Source of the DNA: Myxococcota bacterium | GTDB lineage: Bacteria; Myxococcota_A; UBA9160; UBA6930 | Direction: 5' to 3' | DNA: 64,000 bases | Assembly (NCBI GenBank): GCA_965223415.1 | Contig: OZ245002.1 | Span: forward strand, 3,232,001 to 3,296,000 | Shown: in pieces, positions 1 through 8,956 of the stretch | Position numbering within the stretch: position 1 is the first letter of the stretch | Layout: the number at the start of each line of letters is the position of its first letter | The notes under the pieces: generated by a model | What the model was told of the DNA's origin: nothing | Seen by the model: only the letters and a program-made list of their open reading frames with translations | Database searches by the model: none | Position numbers and translations under genes: made by a program

Positions 1-1520
1 GGGTCCGCGCCCATCCGGGCCGTGCCCATCTCGTGGATCGCTTCGCCGCCGATGCCGAAGCCCTGGCCCGGCACGATGTTCTGGACGCCCGCGGCCTCGA
101 GCATGGCTACGGCCTGGCGGGTGACGTCCCGGCGCATCGCGCGCTCGTTCTCGCCGAAGGCGAAGCTCACCTTCACGCGGGGGATGCCGTGCTCGTCGCG
201 AGCCATCGGGTCGAGGGCGACGCGGTTGTCCGCATCGGGAAGGCACTCGCCGAAGCCGCCCAGGAACACCATCCACGGCAGCGGACCGGCGAGCGCGTCC
301 TTGAAGGCGCCGCCGAAGCCGGGCTGGGCGATCGCCGAGCTCCAGCCGAGGGGCAGCGCCGCACCCTGGTAGCCGTAGCCCCGCACGTAGTCCGCGGCCG
401 GTGTCTGCCCCGGGAGGTTCTGGAAGCGCGGGATGTAGAAGCCGTTCGGCCGGTTGCCGAAGGTGGTCTGGCCCGCGAACTGGGGAAGGGTGCCGAAGGC
501 GCCGACGCCGATCGTGTGGTCCATCAGGTAGCGGCCGAGTACGCCGCTCGAGTTGGCGAGCCCGTTCGGGAAGGCCTCGCTCTCGGACGTGAGGAGGATG
601 CGGGTCGTCGCGATCGTCGACGCACACAGGAAGACGAGTCGCCCGTCGATCTCGCGGTGCTCGCCCGTCGCTGCGTCGACCACCTCGACGCCGGTGGCCC
701 GCCCCTTCCCGGGATCGTGGAGGACGCGACGGACCACCGCGTCGGTCAGCACCTCGAGACGTCCCGTCGCTCGAGCCGCCGGCAGCGTGCTGCTCTGGCT
801 GCTGAAGTAGGAGCCGGTCGAGCAGCCCCGCCCGCAGGGTCCGCAGTAGTGACAGGCCTTCCGCCCCCGATGATCGGCGGTGAGGATGGCCGTCCGCCCG
901 ATCGTCACCGTGCGCTCCGGGAACGTCTTCTCCACCGCCTGTTTCAAGTGGAGCTCGCCGCAGGTCATCTCCATCGGCGGAAGGAAACGGCTGTCCGGGA
1001 GCTGGGGGAGCCCCTCGCTCTGGCCAGAGACGCCGATGAAGTCCTCGACGTGGTCGTACCAGGCTTCGACGTCGCGGTAGCGGACCGGCCAGTCGACGCC
1101 GTGGCCGTCGGCGGCATTGGCGCCGAAGTCCAGGTCGCTCCACCGGTACACCTGCCGGCCCCAGGTGAGCGAGCGGCCACCGAGTTGGTAGCCGCGGATC
1201 CATGCCCATTCGCTGCCCTCCTCCTGGACGTAGGGATGCTCCGGGTCCTTCACGAAGAAGTGCTTCGTATCCTCTGCACAGCCGGGCGCGATGCCCTGGA
1301 TCGGGTAGTCGCGGGCCATCTCCTTCGGGTTTCCGCGGCCGCGGAAGGGGAGCTGCCAGGGAGGCAGGTGCTCGGTCACGTAGTCCTTGCCATGCTCCAC
1401 CATTCGGCCGCGTTCGATCAGGAGCACGCGCAGGCCGCGCTCCGTGAGCTCCTTGGCGGCCCACCCGCCGGTGATGCCGGAGCCGACGACGATCGCGTCC
1501 CAGGTGCGGTTGGTGTCCAC
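1..1520 (-). CDS. GMC-family FAD oxidoreductase (gluconate 2-dehydrogenase flavoprotein-like); 3' end runs off the window
   Basis: Not in the ORF track. Minus-strand GTG at 1520 with SD AAGGAG reads VDTNRTWDAIVVGSGITGGWAAKELTERGLRVLLIERG...GYQLGGRSLTWGRQVYRW (GxGxxG FAD motif). Lies directly downstream of the subunit-3 gene. Confidence 0.9.
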   Translation of the reverse strand, partial: MDTNRTWDAIVVGSGITGGWAAKELTERGLRVLLIERGRMVEHGKDYVTEHLPPWQLPFRGRGNPKEMARDYPIQGIAPGCAEDTKHFFVKDPEHPYVQEEGSEWAWIRGYQLGGRSLTWGRQVYRWSDLDFGANAADGHGVDWPVRYRDVEAWYDHVEDFIGVSGQSEGLPQLPDSRFLPPMEMTCGELHLKQAVEKTFPERTVTIGRTAILTADHRGRKACHYCGPCGRGCSTGSYFSSQSSTLPAARATGRLEVLTDAVVRRVLHDPGKGRATGVEVVDAATGEHREIDGRLVFLCASTIATTRILLTSESEAFPNGLANSSGVLGRYLMDHTIGVGAFGTLPQFAGQTTFGNRPNGFYIPRFQNLPGQTPAADYVRGYGYQGAALPLGWSSAIAQPGFGGAFKDALAGPLPWMVFLGGFGECLPDADNRVALDPMARDEHGIPRVKVSFAFGENERAMRRDVTRQAVAMLEAAGVQNIVPGQGFGIGGEAIHEMGTARMGAD

Positions 1521-1532
1521 GGGGGGCGCTCC

Positions 1533-2165
1533 TTATCGCTGCGAGAGTGGGCGCCGCGCGCCGGGCTCGGGGGTGACGCAGCCGTCGTAACGTCCCGGCC
1601 ACGGGGTGAAGGCGGCGGCTCCGGTCGCTCCCGTCTCCGAGGTGAAGTGGCCGACGACGCTGAGCTCCTTTAGCGTGGCGAAGAAGGGCTTCTCGCTCGA
1701 CAGGCCGCCGAAGAGATCCGGCACCGGCGGGGACGCGGCGAGCTCCGCCTGCTCGGCGGCGGCAAGGAGGCCGTCTCGGTCCTCGGGCGGCAGGGCCGCG
1801 AAGCCCCGCCCGTGCTGGGCGCTCGCTGCGGCATCGAGACCGGCGAGGCCCTGGCGGAAGCGCTGGCGGGCATCGCCGCCGAAGCCCTCCGCGAGGGCGA
1901 ACTCGACGAAGTCGGGCACGCCGGCTTCCAGGGCGCCCGGGGTGGCCGTGGTCGGGAGGATGCGGTCCACGGCGGCCTCGAGGATGGCGCGCTCGTCCGC
2001 GGCGAGCGTCGGGCGCTCGGTGCGCAGCGGCTCTTCCGGCGGGTGGCCGAGCACCGCGTTCGTGCAGGAAGTCGATACGGCACCGCCGAGGAGCACGGCG
2101 GCGCGCCATAGGAATTCGCGTCGGTCGAGGGACAAGGATCTCTCCTCTGCCAATGAGCCCCGCAC
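1533..2165 (-). CDS. Gluconate 2-dehydrogenase subunit 3 family protein, Tat signal
   Basis: Twin-arginine motif DRREFL; DRILPTTATPGALEAGVPDF and FFATLKELSVVGHFTSETG family motifs; adjacent to the GMC gene. Start uncertain. Confidence 0.85.
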   Translation of the reverse strand: MRGSLAEERSLSLDRREFLWRAAVLLGGAVSTSCTNAVLGHPPEEPLRTERPTLAADERAILEAAVDRILPTTATPGALEAGVPDFVEFALAEGFGGDARQRFRQGLAGLDAAASAQHGRGFAALPPEDRDGLLAAAEQAELAASPPVPDLFGGLSSEKPFFATLKELSVVGHFTSETGATGAAAFTPWPGRYDGCVTPEPGARRPLSQR

Positions 2166-2213
2166 GATACAACGTGCCCTATCCTAGGTGCGAACCGGGA
2201 GGGAGGCAGCGTC

Positions 2214-3419
2214 ATGGCGATGAGCCGCAGGCAGTTCGGAAAGCTGACCGCCGCGGGAGCATGCGCGGCGCTCCTGCCGGCAGGAGCGCGGAGCGAGGAA
2301 GCTCCCGCGCCCACCTACGCGATGCGCGCGTCGTCGCCGGTCAGTGTGGCTGGCGTGGCCCGCGGCGCCGCTCCGGAGGACACGGTCCGGGCCGTGCGGG
2401 CCGCGGCCCAGGCCGCGACGGACTTCGCCTGGCTCTCGCCGGGCGACACGGTGGTGATCAAGCCCGCCTGCAACTCCGGCAACGTCTACCCGGCGACGAC
2501 GGATCCGCTCGCCGTGCGCGCCATGATCGGTCTGCTGAAGGAGCGCGGCGCGGGCCGGGTGATCGTCGCCGACATGGCCGGCGTGCAGTTCGTCCGCTTC
2601 CACCCGGACAGCCTGAGCGGCAGTACCCGCGAGCTCATGCAGCGCAATGGCCTCGCCCGGGCGACCGAAGAGGCGGGAGGCGAGGTGCACGCCTTCGAGG
2701 AGGCGGGCTGGGACGGCTTCTTCGAGGACGCGCCGGCGGCCACCGGAGCCTGGAAGGCACCGGTCATGCTGCCCACCATCCTGAACGAGGTCGACCACGT
2801 GGTGCTGATGCCGCGGGTCGCCCGCCACCTGCTGGCCGGGAGCACCCTCGGCCTGAAGGCGGCGGTCGGCTGGTGGCGCCACGATTCGCGGCTCGAGTAC
2901 CACCGCGATGCCGGCACCTTCTCGGAGAAGACCGCCGACGCGAACGGCGTGCGCGCGGTGGCGGAGCGCCAGCGTCTGGTGCTCAGCTCGGCGACGAAGG
3001 TGATGACGACCTTCGGGCCCGATACGGGCGCCGTCGTGGAGCCCGAGACCGGAATCGTGTTCGCGAGCACGGACCTGGTCGCTCACGACATGGTCGCCCT
3101 CGCGTGGCTGATCGAGCATCGCGCCGCCATGGATCCGGCGCAGCGCGACGGCACCTTCGACGATCCCAACACCTCCGAGACGGTCGTCAACCTCGCCAAC
3201 CGCATGGTCGTGAACTGGCTCGGGGGAATCGGCGCGGCCTTCGGGGCCGAGCGACTGCGGCGCTATGACCTCGGGGCCATCGAGGACGACCGGGTGTTGG
3301 GTCGCGCCTTCGCGACGGGCGGCCGTCCGTCCCTCGAGCTGGTCGATCCCGACGGCTCGCTCCCGGACGCCGTGCGGGCCCAGCTCGCCGCTAGAACTCG
3401 GGGTCCTGCGACGTCGTGA
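2214..3419 (+). CDS. DUF362 domain protein with Tat signal
   Basis: MSRRQFGKL Tat motif; GDTVVIKPA..N..YPATTDP and TLGLKAAVG motifs typical of DUF362; SD GGAGG upstream. Confidence 0.75.
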   Translation: MAMSRRQFGKLTAAGACAALLPAGARSEEAPAPTYAMRASSPVSVAGVARGAAPEDTVRAVRAAAQAATDFAWLSPGDTVVIKPACNSGNVYPATTDPLAVRAMIGLLKERGAGRVIVADMAGVQFVRFHPDSLSGSTRELMQRNGLARATEEAGGEVHAFEEAGWDGFFEDAPAATGAWKAPVMLPTILNEVDHVVLMPRVARHLLAGSTLGLKAAVGWWRHDSRLEYHRDAGTFSEKTADANGVRAVAERQRLVLSSATKVMTTFGPDTGAVVEPETGIVFASTDLVAHDMVALAWLIEHRAAMDPAQRDGTFDDPNTSETVVNLANRMVVNWLGGIGAAFGAERLRRYDLGAIEDDRVLGRAFATGGRPSLELVDPDGSLPDAVRAQLAARTRGPATS

Positions 3420-3801
3420 TGTTGAGCTGGCCCGCGAGGCCGGCCGTGCGGTGTACCTCGATCTCCTGGAACGGCGGCGACGACGCGATCTCGATCAGTG
3501 CCCGGGCGGAGGGGTACTCGACGATTCCCACCTCGTCCCAGGGCTCGTCGACCTCCCCGAGCAGGAGCCCCTTCACCTCTCCCCCGAAGAGGAAGCGCCC
3601 ACCGCCCGCCTCGACGAGCTTGCGCATCTCCCGGGCGTAGCGCATGTACGCATCTCGCCCCGAGAGCTGCGGATCCCGCCCATCCGGGTAGGCCGCCTTC
3701 TCCCGGAACTTGAGCAGGTTCACCATGCACACCGGCCCCTCCGTCTCGAGGAAGGGCGCGATGCTCTCGGGCCTGGGGCGGACTTCGTTCATGACCTTCA
3801 T
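3391..3801 (-). CDS. DUF1330 domain protein
   Basis: GPVCMVNLLKFREKAAYPDG...SGRDAY...WDEVGIVEYPS...HRTAGLAGQ. Start moved to 3801 because the ORF-track N-terminus is translated REP sequence. Confidence 0.8.
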   Translation of the reverse strand: MKVMNEVRPRPESIAPFLETEGPVCMVNLLKFREKAAYPDGRDPQLSGRDAYMRYAREMRKLVEAGGGRFLFGGEVKGLLLGEVDEPWDEVGIVEYPSARALIEIASSPPFQEIEVHRTAGLAGQLNITTSQDPEF

Positions 3802-3820
3802 GACCCAGATCATGCCATAG

Positions 3821-3852
3821 GTGAGACAAGGGGACGTTCCTTTCTGTCTCAT
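3821..3852 (+). repeat. 32-nt REP-like unit (family A), left flank of the RAYT gene
   Basis: GTGAGACA-AGGGGACGTTCCTTTC-TGTCTCAT; matches 44165-44196 at 31 of 32 nt. Confidence 0.9.
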
Positions 3853-3896
3853 GAGTTCGCTAGGATGACGGTTGCCCCGGTCCCGCGGAGTCCCCC

Positions 3897-4696
3897 ATGC
3901 CGCGAACCGCCCGCCGGGACTGGCCCGGGGCGTTCCACCACGTCTGGTCCCGGGGCATCGAACGGCGCTCGATCTTCGTCGACGACGTGGACCGCCGGTT
4001 CTTCGTTGACCAGCTCGAACGCCTCGTTCTCGAGTGCGGAATCCATTGCTATGCGTGGGTGCTGATGCCCAACCACCTGCATCTGGCGTTGCAGGTCGGG
4101 CTGGGCCGTCTCTCCGAGTTCATGGCACGTCTCGGGACCCTCTATGCCGTGTACTTCAACCGGCGCCACCACCGGGTGGGCACCTGTTCCAGAACCGCTT
4201 CAAGTCACGGGTCGTCCTCGATGAGGTCGATCTACGCGGACTCCTTGCCTACATCCATGCGAACCCGCTTCGCGCGGGGATGGTCGGCTCCGAGGAAGGG
4301 CTCGCCTCGTTCGCATGGAGCAGCTACGGCGCCTGGGTCGGCGCACGCGAGCCGCATGCCTTCGAGAGCAGGAGGCGGCTCGCGTCGGTTCTGGACGTCC
4401 GCCCGGGCGACCTCGCATCCGTCCTCCGGGAGGATCTCCTCCGTCCGATGGCGGAGGATCCGCTCTGCGACCGCGCACTCCGGCGCATGCCCTCCGGCGA
4501 CGCTGATGCCCGGGTGCGCGCGGTGCTCGTGGAGCTCGACCTCTCGCCGAGCACGCTCGCGGCGATCCTCGACGATCCTGCGACGCTGCGTCGCCTGTTC
4601 GCGGCCATCGAGGCGAAGGGCCTCCCCTCACGTGCCCTCGCACGGGTGCTCGGGGTGTCCCATGCGACACTCGCCCGGCGCCGTTCGGCCTTGTAG
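3897..4696 (+). pseudogene. REP-associated tyrosine transposase (RAYT/TnpA-REP, HUH-Y1) with C-terminal HTH; one frameshift near 4180
   Basis: First frame: MPRTAR...HHVWSRGIERRSIF...MPNHLHL (HUH)...YFNRRHHRVG. It continues in another frame as HLFQNRFKS...YIHANPLRAG (catalytic Tyr)...ALARVLGVSHATLAR (HTH). One base is missing in GTGGGCAC. Confidence 0.9.
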
Positions 4697-4732
4697 CACC
4701 GGTGCCATGCGACTAGGGTCTGTCCGCGGTGA

Positions 4733-4764
4733 GTGAGACAAAAAGGAGCGTCCCCTTGTCCCAG
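4733..4764 (-). repeat. 32-nt REP-like unit (family A, diverged), right flank of RAYT, inverted
   Basis: GTGAGACAAAAAGGAGCGTCCCCTTGTCCCAG versus GTGAGACAGAAAGGAACGTCCCCTTGTCTCAC at 44206-44237 (4 differences). Confidence 0.85.
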
Positions 4765-5184
4765 ATCGAACGCACCGTCGAGCGTTGGCACGAGGTGATC
4801 TCCGGTGGCCCGGCGGGGTTGGACGACCTGCTGGCCGAGGATGTCGTGTTCTACTCGCCCGTCGTCTTCACGCCGCAGAAGGGCAAGGCGGTCACGAAGC
4901 TCTACCTCGGTGCGGCGGGCAACACGCTGGGCGGAGGCGAGCCCGTCAGCGGTACCGACGGGAGCTCCGGCAAGTTTCGTTACACGAAGGAGATCCTGGC
5001 CGGCAACCAGGCCATGCTCGAGTTCGAGACCGAGATGGACGGCAAGTACGTCAACGGAGTCGACATCATCACCTGCAACGACGAGGGCCGCATCGTCGAG
5101 TTCAAAGTGATGATCCGCCCGCTCCAGGCCATCCAGACCGTCCACGCCCAGATGGCGCGGATGCTCGAGAAGATGAAGAGCTAG
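4756..5184 (+). CDS. SnoaL/NTF2-like family protein
   Basis: LDDLLAEDVVFYSPVVFTPQKGK...LEFETEMDGKYVNGVDII...FKVMIRPL. Start is either TTG 4756 (SD AAGGAG) or GTG 4729. Confidence 0.85.
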   Translation: MSQIERTVERWHEVISGGPAGLDDLLAEDVVFYSPVVFTPQKGKAVTKLYLGAAGNTLGGGEPVSGTDGSSGKFRYTKEILAGNQAMLEFETEMDGKYVNGVDIITCNDEGRIVEFKVMIRPLQAIQTVHAQMARMLEKMKS

Positions 5185-6533
5185 AGATCGCCCTGCTTCT
5201 CGAGGTCCGCCCGCAGTGAACGGGCGGCCAGCCCGTAGTGCAGGACGGACCAGCTCGCGCAGGTGACGACGACGCCAAGGAGCGCGTAGCGGATCGACTC
5301 GATGCCGAAGCGGGGCTCGAGCAGGTCGCTCACGATGCCGACGCACATCGGGCCCAGGCCCATTCCGATCATGTTCAGGACGAAGAGCAGGATGGCCGAG
5401 GCCATGGCCCGCATGCGCGGCGGGACCAGCGCCTGGGTCATGGCGAAGGTCGGGCCCAGGTACATGCCGCCCAGCACCGCCGGGAGCGTGTAGATCATCA
5501 ACGCCTGGCGTCCCTCGGGCCAGAGGTAGAACAGGAAGGCGAAGGGCACCCCGATGGCGGTCGCGAGGCCGGGGAGCCACGCGTACCAACGCATGTCCCG
5601 ATGGGCGATGCGGTCGCTCAGGTAGCCGCCCAGGAAGGTGCCGAGGGCGCCGGTGGTGACGCCGATCGCCGCCAGCCAGGTGCCGAGCTCGCCGGTCTCG
5701 AACTCGTGGACCCGGCGGAAGAACGAGGGGATGAAGGCGCCGGCGCCGTAGCCGTAGAAGGCGTGCAGGGCCCCGGCGAAGGCGAGATGGTGGAACGAGC
5801 GCAGGCCCGCCATGAAGCGCAGCACGTCCCCGACGGACTCGGTCGGCGCCCCGGTCGGCTCCGGCGCCCGCTCCTCCGGCTCCGCGGCCTTGTCCCAGTA
5901 GCCGCGGGTCGGCTCGCGGAGGGTCAGCCGCACGACCACCGCCAGCAGGACGCCAGGCAGGCCCACCACGAGGAAGGCGGTCCGCCAGTCGAAGAGCTGA
6001 TCGATCCAGCCACCGGCGAAGGTGCCGATGGCGCTGCCGATCGGGATGCCGAGGGAGTAGATCGAGAGCGCCGTCGCTCGGCGTTCCATGGGAAAGAGGT
6101 CCGAGATCAGGGAGTGGGCCGGCGGGCTGCACCCGGCTTCGCCGATTCCCACGCCGACCCGCGCCAGGAAGATCTCGGTGAAGCTCCGGGCCATGCCGGT
6201 CACCGCGGTCATCCCGCTCCAGACGAGGACGGCCAGGGCGATGATCGACCGCCGCACGCCACGGTCGGCCCAGCGTGCGATCGGCACACCGAGGGTGGAG
6301 TAGAGGGCGGCGAAGGCCAGCCCCTGGAGCCAGCCCAGCTGGGTGTCGGAGAGATCGAGCTCAGCCTTGATCGAGTCCTGCAGGATCGAGAGGATCGAGC
6401 GGTCGACGAAGTTGAAGACGTAGACGACGACGAGCAGGCCGAGGGCGTAGCGCGAGGCGGCGGAACCGAACTCGGGCTCCCGGGCCGGCGGGCCGCTCCC
6501 TTCGTGAGCGGCTTCGCCGCGCTCGTCCTGCAT
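5181..6533 (-). CDS. MFS transporter (spinster-like)
   Basis: YVFNFVDRSILSIL, ARWADRGVRR and ARVGVGIGEAGCSPPAHSLISDLFP motifs; multiple TM segments. Confidence 0.9.
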   Translation of the reverse strand: MQDERGEAAHEGSGPPAREPEFGSAASRYALGLLVVVYVFNFVDRSILSILQDSIKAELDLSDTQLGWLQGLAFAALYSTLGVPIARWADRGVRRSIIALAVLVWSGMTAVTGMARSFTEIFLARVGVGIGEAGCSPPAHSLISDLFPMERRATALSIYSLGIPIGSAIGTFAGGWIDQLFDWRTAFLVVGLPGVLLAVVVRLTLREPTRGYWDKAAEPEERAPEPTGAPTESVGDVLRFMAGLRSFHHLAFAGALHAFYGYGAGAFIPSFFRRVHEFETGELGTWLAAIGVTTGALGTFLGGYLSDRIAHRDMRWYAWLPGLATAIGVPFAFLFYLWPEGRQALMIYTLPAVLGGMYLGPTFAMTQALVPPRMRAMASAILLFVLNMIGMGLGPMCVGIVSDLLEPRFGIESIRYALLGVVVTCASWSVLHYGLAARSLRADLEKQGDL

Positions 6534-6583
6534 CGGCGGAACTGTGGAACAGCCGGACGCCTTCCTGCAACAGGTGGGCGGAC

Positions 6584-8665
6584 GTGACCTACCATGCCGC
6601 CGTGCCGCGGCAGCAGAAAGCCCCCATGCGAGGTCCCGCCGGCGAGGGCTACCTGACGATGATCGCCTGGGCCGTCGGCCTGGGCATCGCCGGCGCCGCG
6701 GGCGCCGTGGCCTTCCGCATCGTCCTCCGCCTGCTCCAGGCGCTCTTCTTCGGCGGGCCGAGCGGCCTGGCCGACGCGGTCGCCGCGGGCTGGCTCGCGG
6801 ACCCGGTCGACCCCGCCGCGATGGCCGCAGGCCTCGCACCGTGGCTGCTGGTGGGCATCCCCGCACTGGGAGGGCTCCTGGCCGGCGCCCTCATCACCTT
6901 CTACGGCCGCGAGGCCCGCGGGCCTGGTGTGCCCGAGGTGATGGAAGCCGTCGCGCTGAACGGCGGCGTCCTCCGCCGGCGGGTCGTGGTGCTGAAGACC
7001 CTGGCTTCGGCCCTGACCATCGGCTCCGGCGGGTCCGCGGGCCGGGAGGGACCGATCGTCCAGATCGGCGCCGCCACCGCGTCGCTCCTGGGGCGCGCCC
7101 TCAAGGCGCCGCCGCGTCAGCTCCGGACGATGGTCGGCTGCGGCGCCGCTGCCGGGATCGCCGCCACCTTCAACGCGCCGATCGCCGGGGCTCTCTTCGC
7201 CACCGAAGTGATCCTCGGGGAGTTCGCCGTCGCGTCGCTCACGCCGATCGTGATCTCGTCGGTGGTTGCCACGGTCATCTCCCGTGCGCTGCTCGGGGAC
7301 CTGCCGGCCTTCGCCGTGCCCGGCTACGAGCTGGTGACCTCGCTGGAGCTCCTCGCCTATTCCGCCATCGGCGCGGCCACCGGACTCCTCGCCGTCCTCT
7401 TCACCCGCAGCCTCGGCTGGGCCGAGGATCTCTTCGCGAGGATCCCGGTGCCCGAGTTCGCGCGGGCGGCGGTCGGCGGGCTGTGCGTCGGCGCCATCGC
7501 CCTCGCCGCGCCGAACGTGCTCGGCGTGGGCTACGGCGCCATCGGTGAGGCATTGGCCTCGGAGGTGGCCCTCTCGAGCCTCGCGGTCCTGGTCGTGGCG
7601 AAGCTCGTGGCGACGGCGATCACCATCGGCTCCGGCGGCTCCGGAGGGGTCTTCGCTCCGTCCCTCGTGCTCGGCGCCGCCTTCGGAGGCCTTGTGGGAG
7701 GCCTCCTCGACACCTCCTTCCCCGACGTCATCGCCAACCCGGGCGCCTACGCCCTCGTGACGATGGGTGCCATGGTCGCCGCCACCACCCATGCGCCCAT
7801 CACGGCGATCATCATGATCTTCGAGCTGACCCAGTCGATCCAGATCATCCCGCCGCTGATGGCGGCGTGCGTGATCAGCACCCTCGTCTCCACCCGCCTC
7901 TTCCGGGACTCGATCTACACCCAGAAGCTCGCCCGCCGCGGCGTGGACCTCGCGCGTGACGACGACCCGAACGTGCTGAAGGCGCTCTTCGTCCGCGACA
8001 TCCTCGACGAGTCGCCCGAGGTCGTGCAGGCCTCCGCCTTCTTCGACGAGGTGATCGACCGCATCGTGAACAGCGACCACAGCGAGCTCTTCGTGGAGAA
8101 CGAGGCCGGCGAGCTGGTTGGCGCCATCTACCTGCGTGAGGTCCGGAAGCTGCTCCAGGAGCAGGAGGAGCTCCGCTCCATCGTCGTCGCGGGCGATCTC
8201 GTCGAGGAGCGTGCGGTGATCTCCGCCGCGGACGACCTCGACGCCGCCATGCAGCACTTCGCCCGGGGCGTTGCGGACGAGCTGGCCGTGGTCGAGCCCT
8301 CCGCGCCGACGAAGCTCGTCGGCAGCGTCCACCAGCGCGAAGTCCTCGCCGCTTACAACCAGGAGGTGCTGCGTCGGGACCTGGCCGTGGGCGTCTCGAA
8401 CCGCATCTCCCTGGCCGGCGAGCGGGCCGTCGATCTCGGCGGCGGCTACGTGCTCGAGGAGCGCCGGGCCCCGCTGTCCTTCGCCGGACGGCAGGTGAAG
8501 GAGCTCGACCTTCGCCGCCGGGCCGGAGTGCAGATCCTGCTCATCCGGAGCCGCGGGCAGAAGGGGCGGATCCGCGTGCCCGGTCCGGAGGATTGCATCG
8601 AGGCCGGTGATCGTCTGGTGATCGCCGGGCCCCGCGCGTCCGTGGAAGGGCTGGAAGCGGGCTAG
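6584..8665 (+). CDS. CLC chloride/anion transporter with CBS pair and C-terminal TrkA-C (RCK_C) domain
   Basis: GPGVPE, GSAGREGP, FNAPIAG, GGVFAP and SIYT motifs; C-terminal GRQVKELDLRRRAGVQILLI...PGPEDCIEAGDRLVIAG. Start may be 6626. Confidence 0.9.
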   Translation: MTYHAAVPRQQKAPMRGPAGEGYLTMIAWAVGLGIAGAAGAVAFRIVLRLLQALFFGGPSGLADAVAAGWLADPVDPAAMAAGLAPWLLVGIPALGGLLAGALITFYGREARGPGVPEVMEAVALNGGVLRRRVVVLKTLASALTIGSGGSAGREGPIVQIGAATASLLGRALKAPPRQLRTMVGCGAAAGIAATFNAPIAGALFATEVILGEFAVASLTPIVISSVVATVISRALLGDLPAFAVPGYELVTSLELLAYSAIGAATGLLAVLFTRSLGWAEDLFARIPVPEFARAAVGGLCVGAIALAAPNVLGVGYGAIGEALASEVALSSLAVLVVAKLVATAITIGSGGSGGVFAPSLVLGAAFGGLVGGLLDTSFPDVIANPGAYALVTMGAMVAATTHAPITAIIMIFELTQSIQIIPPLMAACVISTLVSTRLFRDSIYTQKLARRGVDLARDDDPNVLKALFVRDILDESPEVVQASAFFDEVIDRIVNSDHSELFVENEAGELVGAIYLREVRKLLQEQEELRSIVVAGDLVEERAVISAADDLDAAMQHFARGVADELAVVEPSAPTKLVGSVHQREVLAAYNQEVLRRDLAVGVSNRISLAGERAVDLGGGYVLEERRAPLSFAGRQVKELDLRRRAGVQILLIRSRGQKGRIRVPGPEDCIEAGDRLVIAGPRASVEGLEAG

Positions 8666-8754
8666 CCGTGATCTCCGAACCCTCGCGAGGGGTGTGCGTC
8701 GCCTCCCACGTCGGCGACGTGGACTGCCTCGTGCGCGCCGCGCCAGCGCGTTGC

Positions 8755-8944
8755 GAGCGGGAGGAGACGAAGGAGCAGAGCCGGCTACGTCGAGCGGCGC
8801 TACGGCTCCTTCAGCCGCATCTTCTCGCTTCCGGCCAACGCCGACCCGAACGAGGTCGAGGTGGTCTTTGCGGACGGCGTCCTCATGGTCACCCTGGCGA
8901 AGGCTTCGGAGGCCAAGCCGAAGACCGTCGCCATCCAGTCCTGA
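8755..8944 (+). pseudogene. Hsp20/alpha-crystallin C-terminal remnant
   Basis: EREETKEQSR, then a frame change at ~8785 to YVERRYGSFSRIFSLPANADPNEVEVVFADGVLMVTLAKASEAKPKTVAIQS*. No start codon in that frame and no N-terminal half. Confidence 0.8.
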
Positions 8945-8956
8945 TCGCGGCGGGGC

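Noticed and set aside
3802..3852. Repeated peptide [11 protein letters not shown] / MHLAL..ARCKERPHSC at the start of several ORFs (3852, 44206, 15522, 15488)
   Set aside because: Translation of the REP palindromes, not a protein motif.
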